64,000 nucleotides of DNA from a virus (Duplodnaviria; Caudoviricetes). Below are positions 9,000-19,725 of the stretch, one piece after another. The notes below the pieces were generated by a model, which was not told where the DNA came from, made no database searches, and saw nothing but the letters and a program-made list of their open reading frames with translations. A program made the translations under genes and the position numbers. The stretch's first letter is position 1. Each line of letters opens with the position of its first letter. The DNA is taken from the IMG/VR virus record IMGVR_UViG_2751185828_000002; one strand, 5' to 3'.

Positions 9000-10553
9000 T
9001 GTCGGCGACCTGGTTCGATCATGCCATCGCCACGGTGGCGCCGCGCATGGCCGCGCGCCGCGTGATGGCGCGGCAGGCCTTCGAGACCCTGACGCGGGGC
9101 TATGACGGGGCCGCGCGTGGGCGTCGCACCGAGGGCTGGCGCGCGCCGGGATCCTCGGCCGACACCGAGATCGGCGTCGCCGGGGCGCTGCTTCGCGACC
9201 GGATGCGCGATCTGGTGCGCAACAACCCGCATGCGGCCAAGGCCGTGGCGGTGCTGGTGAACAACATCATCGGCGCGGGCATCATGCCGCGCGCCGCGAG
9301 CGGCGACGACACGCTGGACCGCAAGGTCGACGCGCTCTTCGAGCGCTGGACGGCGGAGTGCGACGCCGATGGCCAGCTCGACTTCTACGGTCTGCAGACG
9401 CTGATCTGCCGCGAGATGGTCGAGGCGGGCGAGGTGCTGGTGCGCCGCCGCCTGCGGCGATCCTCGGACGGGCTGCCGGTAACCACTGCAGTTGCAGGTG
9501 TTGGAGGCCGACTTCCTCGACGCCACCAAATCCGGCGCCATCGGCGCGGGCCGCCTCGTGCAGGGGATCGAGTTCGACCCGGTCGGCAAGCGCCGGGCCT
9601 ACTGGCTCCATGCCGAACACCCTGGCGATGCCTATGGCGCATTGCAGAACGGGTTACAGAGCCGCCCGGTGCCAGCGACCGAGATCGCCCATGTCTACGA
9701 GAAGCAGCGCACGCAGGCGCGCGGCGTTCCCTGGGGCGCGCCGGTGATCCGCAGCTTGCGCGATCTCGACGACTACGAGGTGGCCGAACTGGTCCGCAAG
9801 AAGACCGAGGCCTGTGTCACCGCCATCGTCTTCGGCGACGACGAGGCGCAGCAGGGCATTGCGCCCTCCGTGGTCGACGCCGACGGCAATCGGGTGGAGC
9901 AGTTCGAGCCGGGGCTGATCGCCTATGCGCGTGGCGGCAAGGACATCCGCTTCAACCAGCCCTCAGCCACCGGCGGCTACGGCGAATACAAGCGGGCCAG
10001 CCTGCACACCATCTCGGCCGGGTTCCGCGTGCCCTATGAATTGCTGACCGGGGACCTCAGCCAGGTCAACTATTCCTCGATCCGGGCGGGCCTCGTCGAG
10101 TTCCGCCGCCAGATCGACGCGGTGCAGTGGCAGCTCTTCATCCCGATGTTCTGCGCACCGGTCTGGCGATGGTTCACGGAAGCCGCGTGGGCAGCGGGGC
10201 AGATCCCGTCGCCCATGGTGCCGGTCGAATGGTCGCCGCCGAAGTTCGAGGCGGTCGATCCGCAGAAGGACGCGATGGCGAACCTGCTGTCGATCCGCTC
10301 TGGCACCATGACGCTGGCCGAGGTGATCGCCCGACAGGGCCGGAACCCCGACGCCGTTTTGGCCGAGATCGCCGCGACCAACGCCAAGCTCGACGCGCTG
10401 GGGCTGGTGCTCGACAGCGACCCGCGGCGCGTCACCAAGACCGGCAGCGCACAATCCAAAGACGGGGCCAGCGATCCGGCGAACGATCCGGCCACCGACG
10501 ACCCGACGGCCGGCGCGGACAATGACCCTGCGCAGGCCGACCAACAGGACTGA
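8999..10553 (+). pseudogene. Lambda-family portal protein, +1 frameshift at ~9481
   Basis: ORF 8996..10039 reads as portal up to DGLPV; ORF 9492..10553 continues LQVLEAD. Removing one A of GTAACCA restores VPLQLQVLEAD. Confidence 0.85.
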
Positions 10554-10558
10554 CCTTC

Positions 10559-12625
10559 ATGGACACGATGATCGAACTGCCGGCCATGCGCCGGTCGGCG
10601 GAGCTTGCGCCGAACACGGCCGACGCCGACAGCCGCACCGTCGAGGTGGTCTGGTCGGCCGGTGCCCGCGTCCGCCGCGCCACCTTCTTCGGCGAGCCCT
10701 ATGACGAGGAGCTGAGCCTCGATCCCGCCCATGTCCGGCTCGACCGGCTGAACGCGGGCGCGCCGTTCCTCAAGGTGCACGAGCTCGACACGCTCGATGC
10801 AGTGATCGGCTCTATCGTGCCGGGCTCGGCCCGGATCGAGAACGGCCGCGGCATCGCGCTGGTGCGCATCTCCGAGCGCGCCGATGTCGAGCCGATCTGG
10901 CGCGACATCCAGGCCGGGCACATCCGCGCGGTCTCGATCGGCTACCAGGTCCACCGCTTCGAGGTCTCGAAACCCGAGGCCGCTCGCGAACTCTGGCGCG
11001 CGGTGGACTGGACCCCGTTCGAGGTCTCCGCCGTCGCGGTCGGCGCGGACCCGGCAGCGGGCTTCCGCGCCCAGCATCCCCTTCACGACTGCGTCCTCCA
11101 CCGCCGGGACGCCCCTTTCAGCACGAAAGGACCGATCCCGATGACGGACAAGACCCACACCCCGGCGAGCGACGCCGCGACCCCCGCCACCACCCAGCCG
11201 ACCGACCCGGTCGAAACCGAGGACACCACCATGACCGAGCCGAAAGCGGCTGCGCCCAATCCGAAGGTCGCCGCAGTGGAAACCCGCACCCAGCCGAAGC
11301 TTCAGAATACCGATGCCCCCGCGGCGCCCGACACCGAGGCAGTCGCCACCTGCGCCCGCGAGGCGGAGCGCGACCGGGTCTCCACCATCTACGATCTCGC
11401 GGGCCGCCTGAATCTCGAGCGCGGCTTCGCCGAGGATTTGGTCAAGCGCGGCGTCAGCGTGGACGAGTCCCGCCGCCTGATCCTCGATCAGGTCGCCGCC
11501 AAATCCGACGAGACCCAGACCTTCCCCCATGTCTCCGTGCCGCTCGGCGGCCGCGACGAGCGCATCACCCGCCGCGACGCCGTGGCAAACGCGCTGCTGC
11601 ACCGCTACAGCCCGACGCTGTTCCAGCTGGAGGACGCCGCGCGCCAGTACCGCGGAATGACCCTGCTGGAACTCGCCCGCGAAAGCCTCGGCAATGCCGG
11701 GGTCGGCACGCGCGGCCTGTCGCGTGACGAGGTGGCGACGCGGGCGCTGCATTCGACGTCCGACTTCCCCGAGATCCTCTCGGCGGTCACCAACAAGACG
11801 CTGCGGCAGGCCTACGAGGCCTATCCCCGCACCTTCATGCTGTTCTGCCGCCAGGTGCTCGCCACTGACTTCAAGGCGATGCACCAGGTCCAGCTCGGCG
11901 AAGCGCCCCAGCTGCTGGAAGTCGGCGAGAGCGGCGAGTTCAAGCGCGGCACGCTCGGCGAGAGCAAGGAGAGCTACAAGGTCAAGACCTATGGCCGGGT
12001 GGTCGCGATCACCCGCCAGACGCTGATCAACGACGATCTCGACGCCTTCACGCGGATCCCGGCGATGTACGGCAACTCCATCGCCCAGCTGGAGTCGGAC
12101 GTGGTCTGGGGCATCATCACCGCCAACCCGGCGATGGCCGACGGCAACGCGCTCTTCCACACCACGCACAAGAACCTCGCGGGCACCGGGGCGGCGCTGG
12201 ACGTCGGCAGCGTCGGCGCGGCCCGCGCCGCGATGGCCAAGCAGACCGGGCTCGACAAGAAGACGGTGCTGAACGTCCGCCCGGCGTTCCTGATCGTGCC
12301 CGCGTCGCTGGAACTGAAGGCCGAGCAGCTGGTCGCCCAGAACCTCGTCCCCGCCGCGACGTCCAGCGTGGTGCCGCAGTCGATCCGCACCCTCGCGCCG
12401 ATCAGCGAGCCCCGGCTCGACGCGGCCAGCGAGACCGCCTGGTATCTGGCGGCAAGCCCGAACCAGATCGACACCATCGAATACGCCTATCTCGAGGGCC
12501 AGCAGGGCGCCTACATCGAGACGCGCAACGGCTTCGATGTCGACGGCGTCGAGATCAAGTGCCGCCTCGACTTCGGCGCCAAGGCCATCGACTGGCGCGG
12601 CCTCTACAAGAACCCGGGCGCGTAA
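10559..12625 (+). CDS. Fused prohead protease - scaffold - major capsid protein
   Basis: N-terminal HK97-type protease region (LKVH, SIGY, EVSAVAVGAD), T/P/A-rich linker, then capsid domain (STSDFP...TYGR...INDDL...DWRGLYKNPGA). Confidence 0.9.
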   Translation: MDTMIELPAMRRSAELAPNTADADSRTVEVVWSAGARVRRATFFGEPYDEELSLDPAHVRLDRLNAGAPFLKVHELDTLDAVIGSIVPGSARIENGRGIALVRISERADVEPIWRDIQAGHIRAVSIGYQVHRFEVSKPEAARELWRAVDWTPFEVSAVAVGADPAAGFRAQHPLHDCVLHRRDAPFSTKGPIPMTDKTHTPASDAATPATTQPTDPVETEDTTMTEPKAAAPNPKVAAVETRTQPKLQNTDAPAAPDTEAVATCAREAERDRVSTIYDLAGRLNLERGFAEDLVKRGVSVDESRRLILDQVAAKSDETQTFPHVSVPLGGRDERITRRDAVANALLHRYSPTLFQLEDAARQYRGMTLLELARESLGNAGVGTRGLSRDEVATRALHSTSDFPEILSAVTNKTLRQAYEAYPRTFMLFCRQVLATDFKAMHQVQLGEAPQLLEVGESGEFKRGTLGESKESYKVKTYGRVVAITRQTLINDDLDAFTRIPAMYGNSIAQLESDVVWGIITANPAMADGNALFHTTHKNLAGTGAALDVGSVGAARAAMAKQTGLDKKTVLNVRPAFLIVPASLELKAEQLVAQNLVPAATSSVVPQSIRTLAPISEPRLDAASETAWYLAASPNQIDTIEYAYLEGQQGAYIETRNGFDVDGVEIKCRLDFGAKAIDWRGLYKNPGA

Positions 12626-12702
12626 CCCGCACCCCATCCTGAACCCTGACACGCGGGCGGTCCTGACGGGCCGCCCTTCGTCTTTCCACGAGGATTCCCA
12701 TC

Positions 12703-13038
12703 ATGAAAAACTACGTCCAGCCCGGCAACACGATCACCCTGACCGCGCCCTATGCCGTCGCCTCCGGCGATGGCCTGCTCGTCGGCTCCATCTTCGGCAT
12801 CGCCGCCGGAGCGGCCGCCATCGCCGAGCCCGTCGAGACGGCGCTCGTCGGCGTGTTCGACATCACCAAGGTCGGCTCTCAGGCCTGGACCGTCGGCGCC
12901 AGGGTCTATTGGGACGACACCAACAAGCGCTGCACCACGGTCGCGACCGACAACACCCTCATCGGCTTGGCGGTCGAGGCGGTGGCGAGCGGCGCCGGCG
13001 ACACCATCGGCCGGGTACGGCTGAACGCGAGCTTCTGA
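12703..13038 (+). CDS. DUF2190 capsid cement/decoration protein
   Basis: MKNYVQPGNTITLTAPYAVASGDG signature, immediately after the capsid gene. Confidence 0.85.
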   Translation: MKNYVQPGNTITLTAPYAVASGDGLLVGSIFGIAAGAAAIAEPVETALVGVFDITKVGSQAWTVGARVYWDDTNKRCTTVATDNTLIGLAVEAVASGAGDTIGRVRLNASF

Positions 13039-13349
13039 TGAGCGCCTTCGCCGCCGCCGTCGGTGCGCTCTTTGCCGATCCCAATATCGGCCGGGACGCG
13101 GTCTACATCGCCGACGGCGGCGCGCCCGTGCTGGTGCGTGCCGTCGCCCGGCGCGCGGATGCCATATCGGACTTCGGCGATGCGCGGCTCTGGTCGGAAA
13201 CCACCCGGATTGACCTGCGCGTAGCGGAGGTTGCGAACCCGCGCCCCGGCGACCGCATCGAGATCGATGGCGACGCCTTCCTCATCCAGGGAGAGCCCGT
13301 CCGCGACCGTCAGCGGCTGGTCTGGACGGTCGATCTGAGGCCCGCGTGA
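13038..13349 (+). CDS. Head-tail joining protein (gpFII-like)
   Basis: TGATG coupling at 13036-13040; 103 aa, beta-rich (PRPGDRIEIDGDAFLIQGEP). Confidence 0.7.
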   Translation: MSAFAAAVGALFADPNIGRDAVYIADGGAPVLVRAVARRADAISDFGDARLWSETTRIDLRVAEVANPRPGDRIEIDGDAFLIQGEPVRDRQRLVWTVDLRPA

Positions 13350-13974
13350 AACTGAAGCTCGACATCGATCCCGACATCGTCCCGATGATGGCGGCGGAGG
13401 TGGCGGCCGGGGAGCGCGCCGTGACGGCCGCCATGCGCGAGGCCGGAACCGGGCTGAAGACCGCATGGCGGCTACAGATCACCGGCGCGGGGCTCGGGCT
13501 CCGGCTCGCCAACTCGATCCGCAGCCAGAACTTCCCGAGGTCGGGCGAGAGCCTCGACGCCGCGGCGCTGGTCTGGTCGAAGGCGCCGGTGATCGTCGGC
13601 GCGCATGACACGGGGCCGCTGATCCGGTCGAAAAGCGGCTTCTGGCTGGCGATCCCGCTGCCTGCCGCAGGCAAGTCCCTCCGAGGCGGCCGGATCACGC
13701 CCGGCGAATGGGAACGGCGACGCGGGCTGCGGCTCCGCTTCGTCTATCGCCGTAGCGGCCCGAGCCTGCTGGTGGCGGAGGGGCGGCTGAACACGAAGGG
13801 CCAGGCGGTAGTGTCGCGCTCGAAGACCAGGCGCGGCAAGGTCACCGCACCGATCTTCCGCTGGTCCCGCAGGTCAAGCTGCCGAAGCGGCTAGACCTCG
13901 CACGAGACGCGGACCGGGCATTGGACAGCGTGCCGGGGCTGATCGTGGCGAACTGGGTGGAGGAAAAGCTCTAG
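13346..13974 (+). pseudogene. DUF6441-like neck/tail-completion protein, -1 frameshift at ~13859
   Basis: Reads normally to VTAPIF. Adding one base (TTC C-G CTG) gives LVPQVKLPKRLDLARDAD...NWVEEKL-stop at 13974. Confidence 0.7.
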
Positions 13975-14573
13975 CCTCGCCTTTTCATTATGTCCGACGT
14001 GTATCCACGCTTGAGCTTCTTCGACTTTGAGAAGTAACCGATCTCTGTGTCAAACAGATCGGAAACTCTAAGAAGGTTTTCCTTCAATGTCCCGTGGCTT
14101 ATCGCGGTGTCCTTGATTGTGAACATCAAGTGATAAAGGGCTGGCCAAAACACCGCCGCCGTTGTGAATGGAATATCCTCGCGCGGCCCGACCACGGAAT
14201 AGCACCCTGTTTTGGGGATGATTTCCTTGGCCATGTCCTCATGAACCATCGAGCAGGCGGAGAGGAACAACCGTCGACCGCCAAGGTGTGGAGCTAAGAT
14301 TTCTGCTAGCTCGTCGTAATCGATCTCGTCTTGGTTTGTCGTACACATCCCCTCAGGTTCAGCATGTGCTGAGATATGCAAATACCGGTACCGTGACGTC
14401 CCGAAATCCAAGGCAGCTTGCTCGAACTGCTCTCTGGTCCGGACATACGAGTATCTTGGATTCTTTCCATGGAGACGTAGGACATGGGAAACGACACTGC
14501 CTTCAAATCGTCCATTCCCCTCATCGTCCGGGTCCAAGGACTCGATAATGAAAACATCTGGAACTGTAGCCAA
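13971..14573 (-). CDS. Stand-alone caspase/CHAT-fold protease-like protein (moron)
   Basis: 200 aa; YLHISAHA (His) and LFLSACS (Cys) match the clan CD dyad pattern. Antisense to the tail operon and visibly lower in GC. Confidence 0.65.
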   Translation of the reverse strand: MATVPDVFIIESLDPDDEGNGRFEGSVVSHVLRLHGKNPRYSYVRTREQFEQAALDFGTSRYRYLHISAHAEPEGMCTTNQDEIDYDELAEILAPHLGGRRLFLSACSMVHEDMAKEIIPKTGCYSVVGPREDIPFTTAAVFWPALYHLMFTIKDTAISHGTLKENLLRVSDLFDTEIGYFSKSKKLKRGYTSDIMKRRG

Positions 14574-14620
14574 TAGTCGCTCCTGTGCAGCTACTGTGAG
14601 TATCCTTTGGGAGCTTCTCT

Positions 14621-15040
14621 ATGGCAACCGCTCGCGAAACCATCCTCGTCGCGCTGCACACGCGGCTATCGGCACTGCCATCGACCGCACTGCGCGGTGA
14701 GGTGCTGCCCGAACGCGTCCCGGCCGAGGGCCTGCTGATCCTGCGCGACGGCGAGCCGGGTGAGCCCGAGGTGACGCTCTCGCCGCTGGTCTATCACTAC
14801 CAGCACCGCGCCGAGATCGAGGCTGTCGTTCAGGGCGCCGACCTTGACGCCGCCTTTGATACGCTAACCGCCAGCATCGGCGCAGCGCTCGCCGCCGACC
14901 GAACGCTGGGCGGCCTTTGCGACTGGGTCGAGGCGGAAGCGCCAAGGCCCGTCGATCTGCCGGTCGAGGGCGCGGCGAGCCTGAAGGCCGCCGTGATCCC
15001 GGTGGTGCTGCATTATTCCACGGCCGACGCGCTGGCCTGA
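14621..15040 (+). CDS. Tail terminator-like protein
   Basis: 139 aa; position directly before the tail tube gene; LGAALAADRTLGGLCD motif. Confidence 0.65.
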   Translation: MATARETILVALHTRLSALPSTALRGEVLPERVPAEGLLILRDGEPGEPEVTLSPLVYHYQHRAEIEAVVQGADLDAAFDTLTASIGAALAADRTLGGLCDWVEAEAPRPVDLPVEGAASLKAAVIPVVLHYSTADALA

Positions 15041-15064
15041 CCCAACCGACCACAGGAGAACACC

Positions 15065-16006
15065 ATGGCACGAGCCCAGGGGGCGCGGGCGCTGATGGCG
15101 CTTGCGTTCGAGACGACCTATGGAACGTCGCCCGCGAGCGGCTTCACTCGCATGCCCTTCGCCAGCTCATCGCTTGGGGCGGAGCAGCCACTGCTGAACT
15201 CCGAGCTTCTCGGCTACGGCCGCGATCCGCTGGCGCCGATCAAGGACGCGGTGACGGCGGACGGCGATGTCGTCGTGCCGCTTGATGCCGAGGCCTTTGG
15301 CTTTTGGCTGAAGGCGGCCTTCGGCGCGCCGATGACCACGGGCGCAGAGGCCCCGTTCACCCACGAGTTCCAGTCGGGGTCCTGGACGCTGCCGAGCATG
15401 TCGATCGAGACTGGCATGCCCGAGGTGCCACGCTACGCGATGTATTCCGGCTGCGTGCTCGACCAGATCACCTGGCAGATGCAGCGGTCTGGCCTACTGA
15501 CTGCCACCGCGCGGCTGGTGGCGCAGGGTGAGACGGTGGGCACGACGACCAGCGCCGGAACGCCTGCTGCGCTGGAACTGAAGCGCTTCGGCCATTTCAA
15601 CGGGTCGATCACGCGCAACGGGTCCGCCCTCGGCAACGTGGTCTCGGCCGAGATCACCTACGCCAACAACCTCGACCGGATCGAGACCATCCGCTCGGAC
15701 GGGCGCATCGACGGGGCCGACCCGTCCATCGCGGCGCTCACCGGCCGGATCGAGGTGCGCTTCGCCGACCAGACGCTAGTGACGCAGGCGATCAACGGCG
15801 AGGCCTGCGAGATGGAGTTCGCCTACGTCCTGCCGTCCGGCGAAAGTTTCACCTTCACCGTGCACGCCGTCTACCTGCCGCGCCCGCGGGTCGAGATTTC
15901 CGGGCCGCAGGGCGTGCAGGCGACCTTCGACTGGCAGGCCGCGCGCGACAGCGTCGTCGGCCGGATGTGCACCGCCACCCTCGTGAATGAAGTGGAGACG
16001 TATTGA
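15065..16006 (+). CDS. Phage tail tube protein
   Basis: 313 aa; MARAQGARALMALAFETTYG, LPSMSIETG; position before chaperones and tape measure. Confidence 0.8.
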   Translation: MARAQGARALMALAFETTYGTSPASGFTRMPFASSSLGAEQPLLNSELLGYGRDPLAPIKDAVTADGDVVVPLDAEAFGFWLKAAFGAPMTTGAEAPFTHEFQSGSWTLPSMSIETGMPEVPRYAMYSGCVLDQITWQMQRSGLLTATARLVAQGETVGTTTSAGTPAALELKRFGHFNGSITRNGSALGNVVSAEITYANNLDRIETIRSDGRIDGADPSIAALTGRIEVRFADQTLVTQAINGEACEMEFAYVLPSGESFTFTVHAVYLPRPRVEISGPQGVQATFDWQAARDSVVGRMCTATLVNEVETY

Positions 16007-16461
16007 TGCTCACGCTCGACCTGACCAACGCGCCGCGCTGGCACGACGTCGCCCCCGGCGTCCGGGTGCAGCTGCGCCCGCTGACGACGGCGCTAATGGT
16101 GGCGACCCGGAGCGATCCCGCCGTCGAGGCAGTTCCGGAAGAAGCCTCGGACGAGGAACGCGCCGTCGCTTTCGCGAAGGCGCTCGCGCGGCGTGCCGTG
16201 CTCGCCTGGGACGGCATCGGGGACGCGGGTGGCAACGTGATCGACCCGAGCCCGGAGGCCATCGACGCGCTGCTCGATGTCTGGCCGATCTTCGAAGCCT
16301 TCCAGCTGACCTACGTCTCGAAGGGTCTGCTGCTGGAACAGGAAAAAAACGCCTCCGCGCTCTCGCCGAATGGTCCTTCGGCGGGGGCGAGCGCTACTGC
16401 GAAACCTGCGCACCCTACGAGGGCCGCGAGCAAGCCTGCCCGGACTGCCCGGCGCGGCTGA
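16006..16461 (+). CDS. Tail assembly chaperone (G-like)
   Basis: Between tube and tape measure genes; contains the slippery site GAA AAA AAC. Confidence 0.8.
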   Translation: MLTLDLTNAPRWHDVAPGVRVQLRPLTTALMVATRSDPAVEAVPEEASDEERAVAFAKALARRAVLAWDGIGDAGGNVIDPSPEAIDALLDVWPIFEAFQLTYVSKGLLLEQEKNASALSPNGPSAGASATAKPAHPTRAASKPARTARRG

Positions 16462-16688
16462 ACCGTCCGGCAACGCCGGAGGGTTGGCAGGTCTGGGACC
16501 TTGTCGGCCGACTCGGCGGCCAACTGCGTGTCCTGCCCGGCGCGGTGATCGGCTGGGACATGTCGGCGGCGCTCGCGGTCGGTGACGCACTCGGCGTGCC
16601 GCCGCTCGCCATGGCCGAACTGCTGCCTGTCATCGAAGCGGTGATGGTCGCCAAGCTCAACGAGCAGATGGAGCACTCCCATGGCTGA
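16344..16688 (+). CDS. Tail assembly chaperone -1 frameshift extension (T-like); slippery heptamer A AAA AAC at 16344-16350
   Basis: The -1 frame is open from the slip site (KKRLRALAEW...CETC...CPDCP) to 16688, overlapping the tape measure ATG. Confidence 0.75.
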   Translation, partial: KKRLRALAEWSFGGGERYCETCAPYEGREQACPDCPARLNRPATPEGWQVWDLVGRLGGQLRVLPGAVIGWDMSAALAVGDALGVPPLAMAELLPVIEAVMVAKLNEQMEHSHG

Positions 16689-19099
16689 GAAGAGGGTCAG
16701 CGTCCGCCTCGCGGCCGTGGGCGGACGGCAGGTGCGCGCCGAGCTGGAAGGCGTGGGCGAGGCCGGGTCGCGCGGCTTCGGACGGCTGAGCCGGGAGATG
16801 GAGGCCGCGAACGCGAGGCTAGCGGCATTTTCCCGTCGCGTTGCCGTAGCCGCTGCCGCCGCAGTTGCAGCTGCCGCCGCGGCGGGCGTGGCGATGATCC
16901 GCTCCGGTCTGCAGACGGTCGATGCGCAGGCCAAGCTCGCCCAGTCCCTCGGCACCACCGTAGCCTCGATCCAGACGCTGGAGCGCGCGGGCGAGCTGGC
17001 TGGTGTGTCCATGTCCGGCATCGAGCAGGCGACGAAGGACCTGACGCGGCGACTCAGCCAGGCTGCCGCCGGGACCGGCCCCGCCGCGGACGCGCTGGAC
17101 CGGCTCGGCCTCGCGGCCGCCGACCTGATCGCGCTGCCGCTCGACGCGCGCGTCGGCGCGATCAACGCCGCGATCGAAAGCTTCGTCCCCGTCGCGGAGC
17201 GCGCGGCCGTCGCCGGCCAGCTCTTCGGCGAGGAAGGCTCCATCGCCATGAGCCGGATCGACACCGCGACGCTGCGTCAGGCAACGGAGGACGTCCTCGC
17301 CTTCGGCGTCGTTGTCTCGGAGCAGGACGCGGACCAGATCGAGCGGACGAACGACGCGATCTCCCGCCTCGGACTGATCTGGCGTGGGCTGTCGAACCAG
17401 CTCGCGGTCGCCGCTGCGCCTGCACTGGAAGCCGTCGCCGACGCCATGGCGGCGGTCGCCAGCCGCACCGGCCCGCTCGGCATCGCCATTCGCGGCCTCT
17501 TCGACAACATCGGCCGCCTCACAGCCTATGCCGCCACCTTCGCGGCCTTTCTCGCAGGCCGCTGGGTGGCGGGCATGGCCGCTGCGGCGCTCTCGGTCCG
17601 GGGCCTCGCCACGGCGCTGGTCGTCCTGCGCGGCGCGCTGATCCGCACCGGAATCGGGGCGCTCATCGTCGGCGCGGGCGAGCTCGTCTACCAGTTCACG
17701 CGTCTCGTCTCCGGTGCGGGTGGCTTTGGCGAGGCGATGTCGCTCCTGAAGGACCTCGCCGTCGAGGTCTGGGAGCGGATCCGCATGGGCGCGGCCGCCG
17801 CGGGTGCCGCCGCCACGGCGATGTTCTTCGACCTGAAAGCCGACGCCGCGTCGGGCATGCAGAGTGCCATCGAGAGCGTCGTCGGCTTCGGCAACACCGC
17901 CGCCAACACGTTCGAGGGCGCCTACGAGGCGATCAAGGCGATCTGGGGCCTGCTGCCCGCCGCCATCGGCGATTTGGCGTTCCAGGCGGCCAACAGCCTG
18001 GTCGACGGCGTCGAGGCGATGCTGAACGGCGTAGTCTCGCGCATCAACGGCTTCATCGGCGGGATCAACCAAGGGCTGGAAGCGCTCGGGTCGGAGCGGC
18101 GCATCTCGCTGGTGCCCGACCTCGACCTCGGCCAGATCGAGAACCGCTTCGCGGGCGCGGCGACCGCCGCTACCACCGCAGCACAGGCGGCCTTCGACCG
18201 GGGCCTTCGAGGACAACCCGCTCACCGCGCCCGATCTCGGTCTGACCGAGGCGGCGAACCGGGCGCTCGAATCCGCGAACCTCTATCGCGGGGCCGCGCG
18301 CGATCTGGCCGACGGCGCTCGCGCCCCGCTGGAAAGCTGGCAGGCGCTGCGCGATGCGGTGCGCGACACCGACGAGGCCAGTGCCGATGCGCTGACCGAG
18401 GCCACCGGCGCGGCCGAGCGGCTGGAGACGGCACTCGGCGATGTCGGACGCGCCGCGACCGGTGCTGGTGCGGCTGGCGGGGCTGCTGCCGCGGCGGCGG
18501 AGCCCGCGACCGAAGCCGCCGTCACCGGCTGGCAGGCAGTCACGGCGGCGCTGTCCGATTACGCCAGCAAGGCCCGCGACATCGGTGGCGACATCGGTCA
18601 GAGCCTCGTCGGAGCCTTCCAGTCGGCCGAGAACGCCGTGGGCAATTTTGTCCGGACCGGCAAGCTGAGCTTCCGCGACCTCGTCACCTCGCTGCTGGCC
18701 GATCTCGCCCAGCTCGCGGCGCGGCGGTTCATCCTCGGGCCGATCGCCAATGCGCTCTCCGGCGTGTTCTCCGGCGCGGGCGGCATTATCGCGAACGTCC
18801 TGCATGCGGGCGGGATGGTTGGATCGGGCGGACCCTCGCGGATGGTCCCGGCCATGGCCTTCGCAGCCGCGCCCCGCATGCATGGTGGCGGCATGGCCGG
18901 GCTTCGTCACGACGAGGTATCCGCGATCCTGCAGCGCGGCGAGCGGGTGTTGTCGCGCCGTGAGGCGCAGAGCTACGGCACGGGCGGCGGCGTCAACGTC
19001 ACCATCATGGCGCGTGACGCCGAAAGCTTCCGGCGATCGCGAACGCAGGTCGCGGCCGACATCGCCCGCGCCGTGTCACTCGGGCGGAGGGGTATGTGA
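16681..19099 (+). pseudogene. Tape measure protein, +1 frameshift in G-run 18200-18203
   Basis: Ala-rich helical ORF reads to AAFDR; removing one G gives AFEDNPLTAPDLG, which continues into ORF 18359..19099 (LHAGG...RHDEV.AILQRGERV). Confidence 0.85.
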
Positions 19100-19725
19100 T
19101 GGCGTTCCACGAGGTCCGCTTCCCAGACAATATCAGCCGCGGCGCGCGGGGCGGGCCCGAGCGGCGCACGCAGATCGTCGAGCTCGCCTCTGGCGACGAG
19201 GAGCGCAACGCCAGCTGGGCCAATTCGCGCCGCCGCTACGATGTCGCCTACGGCATCCGCCGCGCCGACGATCTGGCGGCGGTGGTTGCCTTCTTCGAGG
19301 CGCGCAACGGTCGGCTGCATGGTTTCCGGTTCAAGGACTGGGGCGACCACAAGTCCTGCCTACCGTCGGGCACGCCGTCGCCCACCGATCAGGCGATCGG
19401 CACCGGCGACGGCGCGACGACCGCCTTTCAACTGGTGAAGCGTTACGCCTCGGGCGCGCAATCCTGGACGCGCGCCATCGCCAAGCCGGTGACCGGCAGC
19501 GTGCGCATCGCGCTGGCGGGCGTCGAGCAGCCGTCCGGCTGGTCCGTCGACGCGACCACCGGCGCGGTCACCTTCGACACTGCGCCCGCGGAGGGCGTCG
19601 CCATTACCGCGGGCTACGCCTTCGACGTGCCGGTCCGCTTCGACACCGACATGCTCGACGTGACGCTCGACCTCGAGCGGCTCGGCTCGATCACATCCAT
19701 TCCTCTGCTGGAACTGCGCCGATGA
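19099..19725 (+). CDS. DUF2460 distal tail protein (RcGTA g12-like)
   Basis: MAFHEVRFPDNISRGARGGPERRTQIV, FFEARNGRLHGFRFKDW, FDVPVRFDTD. Confidence 0.9.
   Translation: MAFHEVRFPDNISRGARGGPERRTQIVELASGDEERNASWANSRRRYDVAYGIRRADDLAAVVAFFEARNGRLHGFRFKDWGDHKSCLPSGTPSPTDQAIGTGDGATTAFQLVKRYASGAQSWTRAIAKPVTGSVRIALAGVEQPSGWSVDATTGAVTFDTAPAEGVAITAGYAFDVPVRFDTDMLDVTLDLERLGSITSIPLLELRR

Noticed and set aside
10070-12652. Long antisense ORFs (e.g. 10070..12652, 20997..23522, 6742..8460, 16819..18225, 52336..53817)
   Set aside because: They lie opposite well-recognised genes and have R/G/A-rich, motif-free translations, as expected for shadow ORFs in high-GC DNA.
12801-12812. CCGCCGGAGC resembling the att repeat
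   Set aside because: A short GC-rich match inside the DUF2190 coding sequence; chance.
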